From IMG/VR virus record IMGVR_UViG_3300045974_000166, positions 32,001 through 96,000 of that record: DNA of 64,000 bases, one strand, 5' to 3'. The first letter of the stretch is position 1; each line of letters opens with the position of its first letter. Made by a program: the position numbers and the translations under genes. A model generated the notes under the pieces. That model saw only the letters and a list, made by a program, of their open reading frames with translations, made no database searches and was not told where the DNA came from. Source of the stretch: a virus. This document shows positions 8,530-18,118 of this stretch, in pieces.

Positions 8530-10005
8530 TTACTTCACCTTTACATCATTGAGCATTGTGAGCATTGAGTTAGCACGAACTTCGTCAAAGGTCTGGGTGA
8601 ATTTAACTTCACCATTTTCGAAGTATGTGTACATTGCATCTTTCCAATCGAAACCTTTATCGGTCCAATTTGCAGGCCGAATAACCGCAGTTTGATATTC
8701 AGTACCTTGGGGGGCACCATTTGTCCAGAGCTGCACACGACCTTTTTTAGATGCTTTGTTTGAAGCAGTAATTGGATCTTTGAACACATCCCGCCATTGT
8801 ACTTCAAGTTTGTCGTACTTAGCATCTGGGTAATCAACCCATTCACGAACACCAACAGCCGAGCATTTCATAGCAAACTCTTGAGTGTCACGATTACATT
8901 GTTGGAGCAGTCCACCACCCATACCAAATGCTATGTTGTCAGCAGACCAACCTGCTACATCAACAACGGTCCGAAGTATGCTAGACAAACTAAGAGAATC
9001 AATGCCATCGCCCCATATAACACGAACATTATTGAGTACTTTATAGCCTTTGGTGTTTTTAACAAATCCAAATCTGCTGCCAAGAATGTTGAACATTTTC
9101 GGAAGAACAACAGTAGGATCACCAGAGTCAGGACGAATAACAACAGTAGCACCACTTGCAATAACATCATCTTTTAACTCCGTTCCCCACATTTCGCAGG
9201 CTTTGTAAATGTCATACGAGTCAGACACCACAGCAAGAATTTTACCATTCCCACCGAACTGCTTGACCATATTCCGGTAAGCATCTACTTCGTTTGTACG
9301 ACCCCAACTTGTGATGGTACTGTGTTCTGCTGCTGGGATGCTAAATCCTGCCACATCACCCCCATAGGTATCCATGACATGCAGTACCCCAGAAATAGTA
9401 TCCGTACCCATAAAGTTGACAAGGTGCGCTGCTCCACCAATACCGGCAGAATCCAGGCTGCTGACACCGCGAGCACCAAAATCATGAAGCTTAAAAGATA
9501 TTGTTGAAGGATCACCGCTTTTCTCCAGGTAGTTTAGAATTTCTTGCTTTATGTGCCAAGAGGTAGTTCCGACAGTTGTAGGATACCAAATTGCTCTGAG
9601 GGCTGTAGTTTCAACCCAAGTTGTAAGCCAGAAACAGTTGGGGTCCGTGTTTTCAATTGTACACAGGACATTTCTTGTTGGGATGATAAGTCCCTCTTTA
9701 GCTGCTCGGATCCGTAGAGGAAGTTTTCCACCGTGGACATCGAGAATGTACTGCCATCCTGCCAAGTTGAAGGGCTCCCCGTGTAAGGTCCAAATACGAT
9801 TGGCGTAGTCGATTTGCTCTTGAGTAATAGGCTCAGCCAAATACTTTGCAAGAGCTTGAACTCCGAGGAATTCTGTTCGGTCATATTTGCCTCCGCGACT
9901 TTCGATGTAAGAGTAGACATATTCTGTTCCTGGTGGATATTGTTTCCACATTGAGACTTTGTACGAGTCGGTGTCTGTGATGATTGATTGAAGTTTGTTT
10001 GTCAT
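8530..10005 (-). CDS. nadV: nicotinamide phosphoribosyltransferase (Nampt)
   Basis: TDSYK, HDFGARG, SIPAAEHS, VIRPDSGDP, IWGDGID and FGMGGGLLQ motifs; SD TAAGGAG. Confidence 0.95.
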   Translation of the reverse strand: MTNKLQSIITDTDSYKVSMWKQYPPGTEYVYSYIESRGGKYDRTEFLGVQALAKYLAEPITQEQIDYANRIWTLHGEPFNLAGWQYILDVHGGKLPLRIRAAKEGLIIPTRNVLCTIENTDPNCFWLTTWVETTALRAIWYPTTVGTTSWHIKQEILNYLEKSGDPSTISFKLHDFGARGVSSLDSAGIGGAAHLVNFMGTDTISGVLHVMDTYGGDVAGFSIPAAEHSTITSWGRTNEVDAYRNMVKQFGGNGKILAVVSDSYDIYKACEMWGTELKDDVIASGATVVIRPDSGDPTVVLPKMFNILGSRFGFVKNTKGYKVLNNVRVIWGDGIDSLSLSSILRTVVDVAGWSADNIAFGMGGGLLQQCNRDTQEFAMKCSAVGVREWVDYPDAKYDKLEVQWRDVFKDPITASNKASKKGRVQLWTNGAPQGTEYQTAVIRPANWTDKGFDWKDAMYTYFENGEVKFTQTFDEVRANSMLTMLNDVKVK

Positions 10006-10029
10006 GGTAAGCTCCTTATAATGACAGGG

Positions 10030-11031
10030 TTAAGAAATCTGTGGATTGAGATGTGCCGGTGGTGGCATTACTCCAAGCATGTAAGAAATGATAGAAAGGT
10101 GATCGTCAAACAGTTTCATATTCGACATCACTTCGCGGATCGGAAACCAACCGCATTCCATAGCATCATCAGCACCGTTAGCACGTGGAAGCGATCCATC
10201 AACATTGGGTTGTACTTTGAAATGCACACAGAGTGTTACACGGGGAATTCCATTGCCACGAGTAGGATCATCAAAAAGATGTTGAGCCATATATGAACCA
10301 CGTAGAACTTTTTCTGGTACACGAATGTTGGTCTCTTCTTGAAGTTCACGGACGGCACAGTCTAGGAACGTCTCAGTGCGATTCTTAAATCCACCCGGTA
10401 GTGCCCATGTGCCGCGGCCCGGAGCACGAGCTCTTTGAATCAGCAGGACATGACCAGAGCATTCCACCAGAGCATCCGCACAGTTAAATGACAGAGTTTC
10501 TGGAAAGGGGTAATCGGCAAAGAGTTTCTTTTCGTTCTGGAAGTAATTCCAATCTTCTATTACTTCTGGTTCAAAGTTAGAACCACCAATCTTGAATCTT
10601 GCTGTACGAATGTCGGTTGAGCAGATTTCATAAGGTGTAGTAAGATTTACAAATCTGTACTGGGGAAACCATTTCAAATAATCATTACCTTCTTTGGCAA
10701 AACCAAAGAGAATAGTTTCTTTCGATTGCCAGTACCGAGCTTGTTCAGTTGCGATCGTAGTCACATCAGAAATCCACTGTGTGTTAGAATACTTGTAGTC
10801 GTTCAGTGGGACAATATCTACACCAGCAAGATCTTCGTGGTCTAGAAATAGTTCAATTTCTGCTTCACGCTCAAGATAGGTATATGGATTCTTAATCGAA
10901 CGAGCAGCATTAGCTGATCCGACTATGATAACGAGATTAGTACATTGAGATTTGGCTTGGCGAATCAGTTCTCTGTGACCAGTATGAAGTGGTTGGAACC
11001 TGCCAATGAGAATACCAGTTGTGTTTTGCAT
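10030..11031 (-). CDS. natV: bifunctional NMN adenylyltransferase / ADP-ribose pyrophosphatase (NadM-Nudix, NatV-like)
   Basis: IGRFQPLHTGH (HxGH) plus Nudix box ALPGGF...AVRELQEET; start MQNTTG after SD TAAGGAG. Confidence 0.93.
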   Translation of the reverse strand: MQNTTGILIGRFQPLHTGHRELIRQAKSQCTNLVIIVGSANAARSIKNPYTYLEREAEIELFLDHEDLAGVDIVPLNDYKYSNTQWISDVTTIATEQARYWQSKETILFGFAKEGNDYLKWFPQYRFVNLTTPYEICSTDIRTARFKIGGSNFEPEVIEDWNYFQNEKKLFADYPFPETLSFNCADALVECSGHVLLIQRARAPGRGTWALPGGFKNRTETFLDCAVRELQEETNIRVPEKVLRGSYMAQHLFDDPTRGNGIPRVTLCVHFKVQPNVDGSLPRANGADDAMECGWFPIREVMSNMKLFDDHLSIISYMLGVMPPPAHLNPQIS

Positions 11032-11067
11032 TATAAACTCCTTATGTTGCAAATATATTTATTCAAT

Positions 11068-11511
11068 TTATTTTTGAAGATTGGTACGAAGATTCATTAA
11101 AATTCGGCCGAGCATGTTTTGCCCTTCACCTTCACAGACACCCCAGTAGGTATCATGCCAGACATTGGTTTCCTCAAGATGCGCATCACCAGTGTCAATT
11201 AGCTTTTGTGCCAGATCTTTGTCAGCGAATTTTGCCTTTAGAGCATTAGTCATAGCAATAAGTTTATATGTATCCCAATCAGGTCTGAGTACGGCAGTCT
11301 TACCTATCTTTTTAGCTTGGGCACCAGTTGAACTCATAAGGATCTTCAGACGATAATCGTAATCGTTTGATTTTTGATACATGAAAACATGTTCAGATGA
11401 CGTAAATGGAATAGAATTCCAAACACAAATGCATGGATGAAAATTAGAGAGCCAACTGTATTTACCACGAAAGCCCATGATAGGTGGAAATTCGGATTCA
11501 AAAAGATTCAT
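11068..11511 (-). CDS. NADAR family ADP-ribosyl hydrolase
   Basis: LSNFHP, SSEHVFMYQK, LRPDWD, LIDTGDAHLEE, DTYWG and GQNMLGRILM. Confidence 0.92.
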   Translation of the reverse strand: MNLFESEFPPIMGFRGKYSWLSNFHPCICVWNSIPFTSSEHVFMYQKSNDYDYRLKILMSSTGAQAKKIGKTAVLRPDWDTYKLIAMTNALKAKFADKDLAQKLIDTGDAHLEETNVWHDTYWGVCEGEGQNMLGRILMNLRTNLQK

Positions 11512-11738
11512 ACCAGCAATTCTTTCATGATCACAAATTTAGCTTCTGGGATCGACCGACAGAGGTCACCATTCACAGAGATATGCTTGAACGACTTAAT
11601 GAGCACTTTGAATTTACCCAGGGTAAGCGACCTTGAATCAGTAGATTTCTGAGACACCGGCACCTTACCTGAAGAGAAGTAAATTGTGCCCCAGAGTTCA
11701 TCCGAGACAGTTTTCATTTGGAAGTGTAGATTAGACAT
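11508..11738 (-). CDS. hypothetical protein (probably leaderless mRNA)
   Basis: ATG 6 nt after the -10 of P7; ATGA-coupled to NADAR. Confidence 0.65.
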   Translation of the reverse strand: MSNLHFQMKTVSDELWGTIYFSSGKVPVSQKSTDSRSLTLGKFKVLIKSFKHISVNGDLCRSIPEAKFVIMKELLV

Positions 11739-11744
11739 GAATCA

Positions 11745-11773
11745 ATTATACCACAATAAACTTTATATGTAAA
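11745..11773 (-). promoter_or_regulatory. early promoter P7
   Basis: TTTACA-17-TATAAT; macrodomain TAA at 11774-11776 abuts. Confidence 0.85.
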
Positions 11774-12226
11774 TTAAAACTTCACAAGAGTAACTTTGCC
11801 GCCGTAGAAAGAAAGTTCATGATCAAACTTGGAGATGATGTCAACAATTCTACTTTCATCTCCACCAGCAAGGCCACAGCCAATATACGGCATCCCAAAA
11901 TGTTTCTTGGGGAACATAAACTTCAACTTTTGAAGAATCAGCCAAAATGCTTCATACTCAAAACGATCTTTGCCGTCGGTACCATAATCAAACTGTGTAT
12001 ACGCATTCACAATAATGGGTTTGTAATGAACTAGAGTATACGTTCCAAGTTTATTACGATCGCCTTTAGATGTTTCTTGATCAATTGTCCAGGCACCCGG
12101 GTAATTTTCTTTTATCAGCTTAGCAACTCCAGAGCCCATTGTATTGAAACAATTACAACCGTGGACTATTACATCAAACTTACCACCCTTAGCAAATTTA
12201 ATTAGATCGCCTTGCAAGTATTCCAT
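11774..12226 (-). CDS. macrodomain (Appr-1-p processing / ADP-ribose hydrolase)
   Basis: QGDL, IVHGCNCFNTMGSGVA, IVNAYTQ and MPYIGCGLAGG motifs. Confidence 0.92.
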   Translation of the reverse strand: MEYLQGDLIKFAKGGKFDVIVHGCNCFNTMGSGVAKLIKENYPGAWTIDQETSKGDRNKLGTYTLVHYKPIIVNAYTQFDYGTDGKDRFEYEAFWLILQKLKFMFPKKHFGMPYIGCGLAGGDESRIVDIISKFDHELSFYGGKVTLVKF

Positions 12227-12235
12227 AGATTTCTT

Positions 12236-12757
12236 TCAAAGAGAATATTTAAGCAAAAGTTCATCAAGTTCAGCTTCTGTAGAATCTCCCACATCATGAG
12301 ATTTCATAACAACTGCTTCGTGACCAAATTTGGCCAATTTCAATCCGGGCGCATCATCGTCACATAAAGCGACAACCCTTCGGTTCAGACACTTCAAGAA
12401 TCCTTTAAGGTCCTGTGTTGGGTTATTTGAGAGCACTGCCAGAGCAGAAAACCCACGAGAGCAAAGCCGAGCAGCGTCAAACATTCCTTCAACCAAGAAA
12501 ACAAGGTTCGGTGTCAAATGGAGACTTTCGACTCCAAAGACGACCAGAGTTCCCTCAGTTTTGTAAGTGTAGTACCGGCCTTCTTTGGGATCATTGCGTC
12601 TGGTTTTATCGGCGCCAGGCCTGTATTGTTGGTATCCGCAGACTTGGCCTGACAGATTGTACAACAGAGCAGTGGCGACCCGGTTTTCTTCGTCCAACAG
12701 AAACCGATGCAAACCTAGATTCGCATGACGGTCTTTAAGATGTTGGGCGAGTGTCAT
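12236..12757 (-). CDS. stand-alone DnaG-type Toprim (primase-like) protein
   Basis: FLVEGMFDA and ALCDDD Toprim motifs; no Zn-binding domain; start MTLAQH. Confidence 0.8.
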   Translation of the reverse strand: MTLAQHLKDRHANLGLHRFLLDEENRVATALLYNLSGQVCGYQQYRPGADKTRRNDPKEGRYYTYKTEGTLVVFGVESLHLTPNLVFLVEGMFDAARLCSRGFSALAVLSNNPTQDLKGFLKCLNRRVVALCDDDAPGLKLAKFGHEAVVMKSHDVGDSTEAELDELLLKYSL

Positions 12758-12759
12758 GA

Positions 12760-13077
12760 TTATTTGAATTCGACGAGGATGGCAGAGGAAGGGCGGATAT
12801 ACGTGTCGGCACGCCAATCGTAACTACCTTCACATTCAACGACTTCCTTGACGATGAAGGCCCGAGCGCATTTGCCGAACAGTTCAGCGGCAATATCGGA
12901 ACCCAATTTGCCGTCATTTTCAACAACGATACAGATCTTGGCACCAAGTAAACGGTCATAGTCAACAGTGCCGACATTACAACCGGCCTTCGAAACATAC
13001 TTCCGTACGACTTCCATTGTCTTTACGATTTGGTTGGCAACATCCAACGGTTCCAACTGTTTGACGATTTTACCCAT
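12760..13077 (-). CDS. hypothetical protein
   Basis: Start MGKIVK after SD AAAGGA, downstream of P8. Confidence 0.65.
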   Translation of the reverse strand: MGKIVKQLEPLDVANQIVKTMEVVRKYVSKAGCNVGTVDYDRLLGAKICIVVENDGKLGSDIAAELFGKCARAFIVKEVVECEGSYDWRADTYIRPSSAILVEFK

Positions 13078-13105
13078 GACTACCATCCTTTGTTTAAGAT
13101 GGTTT

Positions 13106-13134
13106 ATTATACTACAATTAGTATTATGTGTAAA
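13106..13134 (-). promoter_or_regulatory. early promoter P8
   Basis: TTTACA-17-TATAAT; gp52 TAA at 13135-13137 abuts. Confidence 0.85.
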
Positions 13135-14451
13135 TTAAAGAACGCTTAGATAACGCTCCATTGGATTTGTTTTGGTCAGTACAGTGTGTTCTATTGTACA
13201 CTGTCTAATCTTTTCCTCTAGCGATTCTACAGCATCGGTTGTGCATGAGTATAGAGGAATGTTGATAAAGCTCTTGCCGTGTTCGGCTATGGTCACTTTG
13301 GTCCGAATGACTTCAAGCAGTTGTTCTTTGTTCAGTTGACGGAAGTCAATCTTACGATCAACAACCATCTTGATGAACTTTGCCTTGTCGGTCATGAGAC
13401 TGATTTGAGCAAGTAGTTCAAACTTTTCGTATGCAATCTTTTCTTCGAACTTTTCCAACCGATGGTCACAGAAGTATGCAAGCAGATCAGCTGCAGAGTC
13501 AAACAGTTTCAGCTTACCATCTGTACCTAGAGTGGTGATGTTCTCTGTGTGCGACTTACGAAGTTTGAAGAACTTAATCGGGTCGGTATCAATCTTGTCA
13601 CGAGCAATAGCCGTAACTTTCACATCGAAGCAGAAACCTTCCTCTGAGCAATTGTCTTCGTAGTCCTTAATCTTTTCGGCATCAAGTAGATCATTAAGAA
13701 ACTCTACATACTTGGCACGGTCGTAACCAACTGGTAGTTCGGAGATTTTGTAAGTGAACTTACCCACATATTCAACAATACCTTCTGTATACCATGTAGC
13801 AGTATTCTCTGTGTCCTGTGTCACGGTTCCGCGGAAGTGTGGGAATGTGGGTGCAATTGCTTCCTGAGCTTTCAAGAACTTCTTGGGGTCCTTGAGATAC
13901 TTCTTGACAGCAACTGTGAGGTCCTTGATTGAACGAGGGAGAATGTTGCACGCGAAACCTACGGCAATACCTTGAGTACCATTCACTAACACCCATGGGA
14001 TAGTCGGCAAGTAATAAGCAGGCTCTGGATTCTCTGGGTCCGGAGATTTAGAAGTAACCTCTGTGTCAATAAAGTACTTTTTGAACTCTGGGCTCAAGGT
14101 GCAGAAAATGTAGCGAGAACCGGCAGCCTCTTGTACGAGACGTGAGCCAAAGTTGCCATGACCCGTGAAGATGGGACAGTTATTGTTCCAATCGGCCGTC
14201 AGCGTCACCACAGCACCCATGGCGGATTCTTCGCCGTGGTGATAGTTGTACTTGGCCAAACCACCACCCAGTTCTGCAACCTTGACCTTCTTATTTGAAT
14301 GCTCAGTAAGCATAGAATAGATCAACTTACGTGCAGCAGGTTTCACACCATCTATAGCGGATGGGATGGCACGATTTTCAACCGTATACATCGAATAGGC
14401 TTTGAAGCCCGAATCGATTTCATTTGAGATTGAGGATTCAATAATTTTCAT
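13135..14451 (-). CDS. gp52: DNA topoisomerase II medium subunit (GyrA/ParC-like)
   Basis: RAIPSAIDGVKPAARK, YHHGE and GNFGS...AAGSRY (catalytic Tyr); ATGA overlap with gp39. Confidence 0.95.
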   Translation of the reverse strand: MKIIESSISNEIDSGFKAYSMYTVENRAIPSAIDGVKPAARKLIYSMLTEHSNKKVKVAELGGGLAKYNYHHGEESAMGAVVTLTADWNNNCPIFTGHGNFGSRLVQEAAGSRYIFCTLSPEFKKYFIDTEVTSKSPDPENPEPAYYLPTIPWVLVNGTQGIAVGFACNILPRSIKDLTVAVKKYLKDPKKFLKAQEAIAPTFPHFRGTVTQDTENTATWYTEGIVEYVGKFTYKISELPVGYDRAKYVEFLNDLLDAEKIKDYEDNCSEEGFCFDVKVTAIARDKIDTDPIKFFKLRKSHTENITTLGTDGKLKLFDSAADLLAYFCDHRLEKFEEKIAYEKFELLAQISLMTDKAKFIKMVVDRKIDFRQLNKEQLLEVIRTKVTIAEHGKSFINIPLYSCTTDAVESLEEKIRQCTIEHTVLTKTNPMERYLSVL

Positions 14452-16271
14452 GCGAGCATCCAATTTTTGCGGCCGTCGGCTGAATCACCAAATGCCATTT
14501 CCAATTTTTCAAAATCTGCAGCAGTGGCATTCACTTTGATGAATCGCGGGTTTTGCAGACATTGTTTGTAGACTTCCTTGGGCATAGAGCCCAAACCTTT
14601 AAAATAATCCACTGTATAACCTCTAACATTAGCAGCTTCATATTCGTCCTTTGAATAGAATGATTTCAAATCCTTACCCTTGGTACAATAGTACAAAGGT
14701 GCAGTACAACGATTGATGCGGCCTTCAGTAAACAACTCAGGCCAGTTCGAAAATAGATTCATGAGCAGAGCAAAGATGTGATCACCATCGGTATCAGAGT
14801 CGGTAAAGATAGCAATCTTACCATAATTAAGATCTGTAGCAGGTTTACCAAATGATAGACCAATGATAGAAAGTAACTCAGAGATTTCTTTGTTCTTGAT
14901 AATGTCGACCGGTTTCATACCGCGGACATTCATCACTTTACCCTTTAGAGGATAAGCTCCATCGGTCTTGGGATTCCGCACAGAGATATGGCAGCCGACG
15001 GCAGAGAGACCTTCTACGATATATAGAATTCTTTTCTCGGGATCAGAATCAGTTGCAGCAATATGATTCACCACACGGATTTTGGCCGTAGATTTTTGTT
15101 TCTTGGCAAGTTCACGAGCCTCGGCCTGTTCCTTTTTGAACAGTATAGCTTGAATCATTGGGTCAAGAATAGCCGGAGTATTTAGAATCTGCTTCGAAAT
15201 TTTATCGAAATCAATTCCACCCAAATGTGTAGCAACTTCTGAGGCAGTATTGGTGATACGTTCCTTCGTTTGTGAATCAAATTTCATATTCACAAAGCCG
15301 CGAAGAATGGACACAAAAGTCAAATGTTGCTTGATCTGATTTGGCAGCACATCAATTTTGTGCTTTTTCCGAATGTGTTCCTTCAGAGTAACTACGATCT
15401 GATCAAGTACATAGTTTACATGTGAGCCGCCGTTCTTAATCCACAGTCCGTTAACATATGAATGAAGCCGAAACTCTTCTTGTTCGCCAGAAGGACCAAA
15501 AATTAGAACATTCTTTTCGTCTTGTGAAATTACAAATTCCGTGCAATACTTTGAAGCATATTCCTTGGCATTCTTGATCTTGATCTTTTCAGAATTGAAT
15601 GTGAATGTAATCGAAGGATAGCATGCTGCCAAATTTTCAATACGGTCCTTGATGAAATTAATGTGATCGTCTGAAATCACAAGGATACCAAACGCAGATA
15701 GGTCTGGTACAAATGATACCTTAGTAAATTGTTTGGTTGATGCTTTTACGTTAATTGACTTTACCTTGGCATGATCAGCTGTGACCATTTTGAGGTAATT
15801 CTTACCGTCGGAAGTTTCACCAATAAATTCAGATGAAAATACAGCAGTAGCAAAAGAACCGACACCGTTGGCACCAATGGTTTCACGGTCGTCTGAGAAG
15901 TTAGAACCGGCACGAGCTCTAGTCCATGCTAGCACAGGTTGGTAATTTTCACCGTGCTTTACTACAGGGATACCACGGCCGTTATCCTCAACTGTAATTC
16001 GCCATGTGTCATTCTCAAGACCATTTTCTTGTTTGACAAAGTCGATATGAATCTTATTGGCAAATTTAAAATCGGTCCGAATGGCTTCATCAATTGAGTT
16101 ATCAATGATCTCAGAGATGATCTTGAGCAGCCCAGGAATTACTTTGAGTGTTTGATGCTCACCGAAGAACATACCAGATACTTCTTCGGTTGCAACTGAA
16201 CCAATGTACATTGCTGGCCGAATACGCATATGCTGCGCATCGGTCAGTTCTTTAAATTCTTCTTTTTTCAT
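14448..16271 (-). CDS. gp39: DNA topoisomerase II large subunit (fused gp39+gp60, GyrB-like)
   Basis: EIIDNSIDE, DNGRGIP, GANGVGS, VEGLSA, PLKGK, TDSDTDGDHI and YFKGLGS. Confidence 0.95.
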   Translation of the reverse strand: MKKEEFKELTDAQHMRIRPAMYIGSVATEEVSGMFFGEHQTLKVIPGLLKIISEIIDNSIDEAIRTDFKFANKIHIDFVKQENGLENDTWRITVEDNGRGIPVVKHGENYQPVLAWTRARAGSNFSDDRETIGANGVGSFATAVFSSEFIGETSDGKNYLKMVTADHAKVKSINVKASTKQFTKVSFVPDLSAFGILVISDDHINFIKDRIENLAACYPSITFTFNSEKIKIKNAKEYASKYCTEFVISQDEKNVLIFGPSGEQEEFRLHSYVNGLWIKNGGSHVNYVLDQIVVTLKEHIRKKHKIDVLPNQIKQHLTFVSILRGFVNMKFDSQTKERITNTASEVATHLGGIDFDKISKQILNTPAILDPMIQAILFKKEQAEARELAKKQKSTAKIRVVNHIAATDSDPEKRILYIVEGLSAVGCHISVRNPKTDGAYPLKGKVMNVRGMKPVDIIKNKEISELLSIIGLSFGKPATDLNYGKIAIFTDSDTDGDHIFALLMNLFSNWPELFTEGRINRCTAPLYYCTKGKDLKSFYSKDEYEAANVRGYTVDYFKGLGSMPKEVYKQCLQNPRFIKVNATAADFEKLEMAFGDSADGRKNWMLA

Positions 16272-16277
16272 TTAACA

Positions 16278-16306
16278 ATTATACCATACAAAAGATTAAA
16301 TGTAAA
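16278..16306 (-). promoter_or_regulatory. early promoter P9 (leaderless topoisomerase mRNA)
   Basis: TTTACA-17-TATAAT; ATG 6 nt after the -10; upstream TAA at 16307-16309 abuts. Confidence 0.85.
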
Positions 16307-16393
16307 TTAATCTGTTAAAAAGTAATGCGCGACATAATCTACCGAAAGTAATACAAGTAGTGCCGCGGCAAGAAATACTAAAAAGTTGATCAT
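16307..16393 (-). CDS. small membrane peptide (28 aa, not in ORF track)
   Basis: MINFLVFLAAALLVLLSVDYVAHYFLTD; ATGA-coupled to the RNA ligase stop. Confidence 0.5.
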   Translation of the reverse strand: MINFLVFLAAALLVLLSVDYVAHYFLTD

Positions 16394-17520
16394 GAGTATT
16401 CCTTATGAAATCCAACAAAGTTCTTTAGTTCTTTCACATTCGCTTGGTTATTTGCCATGCGCTTAGCATATTCCAACAGAGCATCACGAATGTCGAAAGT
16501 TGGGTTTTCAAACAGTTTGAACATGAACATCTTGGTGTCACGGGAAAGAACCTTCAGAGCAAATTCTTTCCTATCTTTGATACAAGCCAGATCTTCAAAT
16601 TCCCAACGAATGCAATTGACTTTTGCATCAATTGCTTCCATCAACCCCTGAGCATAGTTCTTGATGAACTCGGCGCGGTCTGGCGCCAGCAAAGGTATTA
16701 CATCGTCGATCAATCCAGTCACGATTAGTTTCACACAGTCATGATCCCACTTAAGAGAATCCACGGCGTGGTGACGGTCACAGTATTGCTCTGACTTCAT
16801 TTTAACCATTCGGCCATCTGCAAAAGAAATAACAACACCTTCATCATCAACCAGTTCAGTGACTGACTTACGAAACTCATTAAAGCTTGCAGAATCAATT
16901 GACTTGATCTGCTTCACCAATGGGATTGCATATGACGCACATAGAGATTCACATTTTTCTCGGCTCATCATTTCGCCGGTTGAAATGAAGCGAACACCAG
17001 TAAGAACTAACATGTCTTCTGGATAGTCGATAACTACTCGGTTTTTACGCGAGCAGAATTCAAAAATAGGTGTTGCCCAATAATCTTTGCGAAGAGCTTC
17101 GATGAGGTATTTATATGCCCAATTGTCTTCTATAAGATCGGTGGCCATTTTAGAAATGTCAGTTACACCAGCACGGGTACCAAGAACAAAACTTTGGCGC
17201 TCATAGATCGGGAAGATGCAAGATCCATCCATCTTCTGAGTAATCAAATGTGGCTTGGAAAAATCCAACGCGGCATCGGACTCTGGGAATTCTCCATAGT
17301 TGAAGAACTTTGGAAAACCAAGACGACAAATCCCACCCGAAGCATTATCGAAAGCAGTACCACGGAGGTTAAGCAAAATACTAGTTTCTGCTTCGTCTTT
17401 TCCAACGAATGTAGTCTTGGTGTTTAGATTGTAGTCGATGACGGTATAAGTTCCCTTGTCTTTCACAGAGAACTCAGGCTTGTCTTTTATGGCCTCAAGG
17501 GCGTCGGTCAGAGTGAACAT
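16390..17520 (-). CDS. rnlA: RNA ligase 1 (T4 RnlA/gp63-like)
   Basis: GFPKFFN, motif I KMDGS, IFEF, EGVV and MVKMK. Confidence 0.85.
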   Translation of the reverse strand: MFTLTDALEAIKDKPEFSVKDKGTYTVIDYNLNTKTTFVGKDEAETSILLNLRGTAFDNASGGICRLGFPKFFNYGEFPESDAALDFSKPHLITQKMDGSCIFPIYERQSFVLGTRAGVTDISKMATDLIEDNWAYKYLIEALRKDYWATPIFEFCSRKNRVVIDYPEDMLVLTGVRFISTGEMMSREKCESLCASYAIPLVKQIKSIDSASFNEFRKSVTELVDDEGVVISFADGRMVKMKSEQYCDRHHAVDSLKWDHDCVKLIVTGLIDDVIPLLAPDRAEFIKNYAQGLMEAIDAKVNCIRWEFEDLACIKDRKEFALKVLSRDTKMFMFKLFENPTFDIRDALLEYAKRMANNQANVKELKNFVGFHKEYS

Positions 17521-17522
17521 AA

Positions 17523-17777
17523 TTAATACCCAGAATTCATTATTTCGGTAAACACTTTGTAATCAATACAGACTCCATCATGGGTCTGTAAATATTCCAT
17601 ATTTGATCCACAATTCCCGGTGCCCGGGGTGACCATTTTTGAATTCACAACGAAGGGCCGTACCACATTGGAAAACGCGGTACACTTATTGTAATTGATC
17701 GTTGCGACAAACATGACGGAAAGAAATTCATCAAGCACTTTGACCTGGAATGAATTAGAAGATGTAAGATTGATCAT
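17523..17777 (-). CDS. hypothetical protein (probably leaderless mRNA)
   Basis: Start MINLTS 6 nt after the -10 of P10. Confidence 0.6.
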   Translation of the reverse strand: MINLTSSNSFQVKVLDEFLSVMFVATINYNKCTAFSNVVRPFVVNSKMVTPGTGNCGSNMEYLQTHDGVCIDYKVFTEIMNSGY

Positions 17778-17783
17778 GTGGTA

Positions 17784-17812
17784 ATTATACCACACGAGCA
17801 ATTATGTGTACA
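17784..17812 (-). promoter_or_regulatory. early promoter P10
   Basis: TGTACA-17-TATAAT; upstream TAA at 17813-17815 abuts. Confidence 0.8.
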
Positions 17813-18118
17813 TTAATGTACGGCACCAAAGCAGTGCCAAGTTTCGTGTCCTAGAATTTCAAGTGGGAATTTGTCATCAAATGAAGTTGGCTCAGCCATG
17901 TAGATTTCACAGATGTTGCTGTTTGGTTTTGACCGAGCACACCCATTGAATTCAGCATTTGGTAATCCAAGTTGGTGGCAGGTTTCACCAACTTCTTGCT
18001 TCTTTAACCAGTGCATTTCAATAGTCGCCGTATTCCACTTAGAAGAAGTAGTTGGTTGTGGTACAGTCGAACAACCTACTAATGCGGCAACAAGTGCCGC
18101 AGCCAGAATAGTTTTCAT
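17813..18118 (-). CDS. lipoprotein
   Basis: Signal peptide with lipobox LVGC; LGHETWH resembles an HExxH motif. Confidence 0.75.
   Translation of the reverse strand: MKTILAAALVAALVGCSTVPQPTTSSKWNTATIEMHWLKKQEVGETCHQLGLPNAEFNGCARSKPNSNICEIYMAEPTSFDDKFPLEILGHETWHCFGAVH

Noticed and set aside
13135-16271. Intron, intein or translational bypass in the topoisomerase genes (as in T4 gene 60)
   Set aside because: gp39 and gp60 regions are one uninterrupted ORF of normal length; no homing endonuclease seen.
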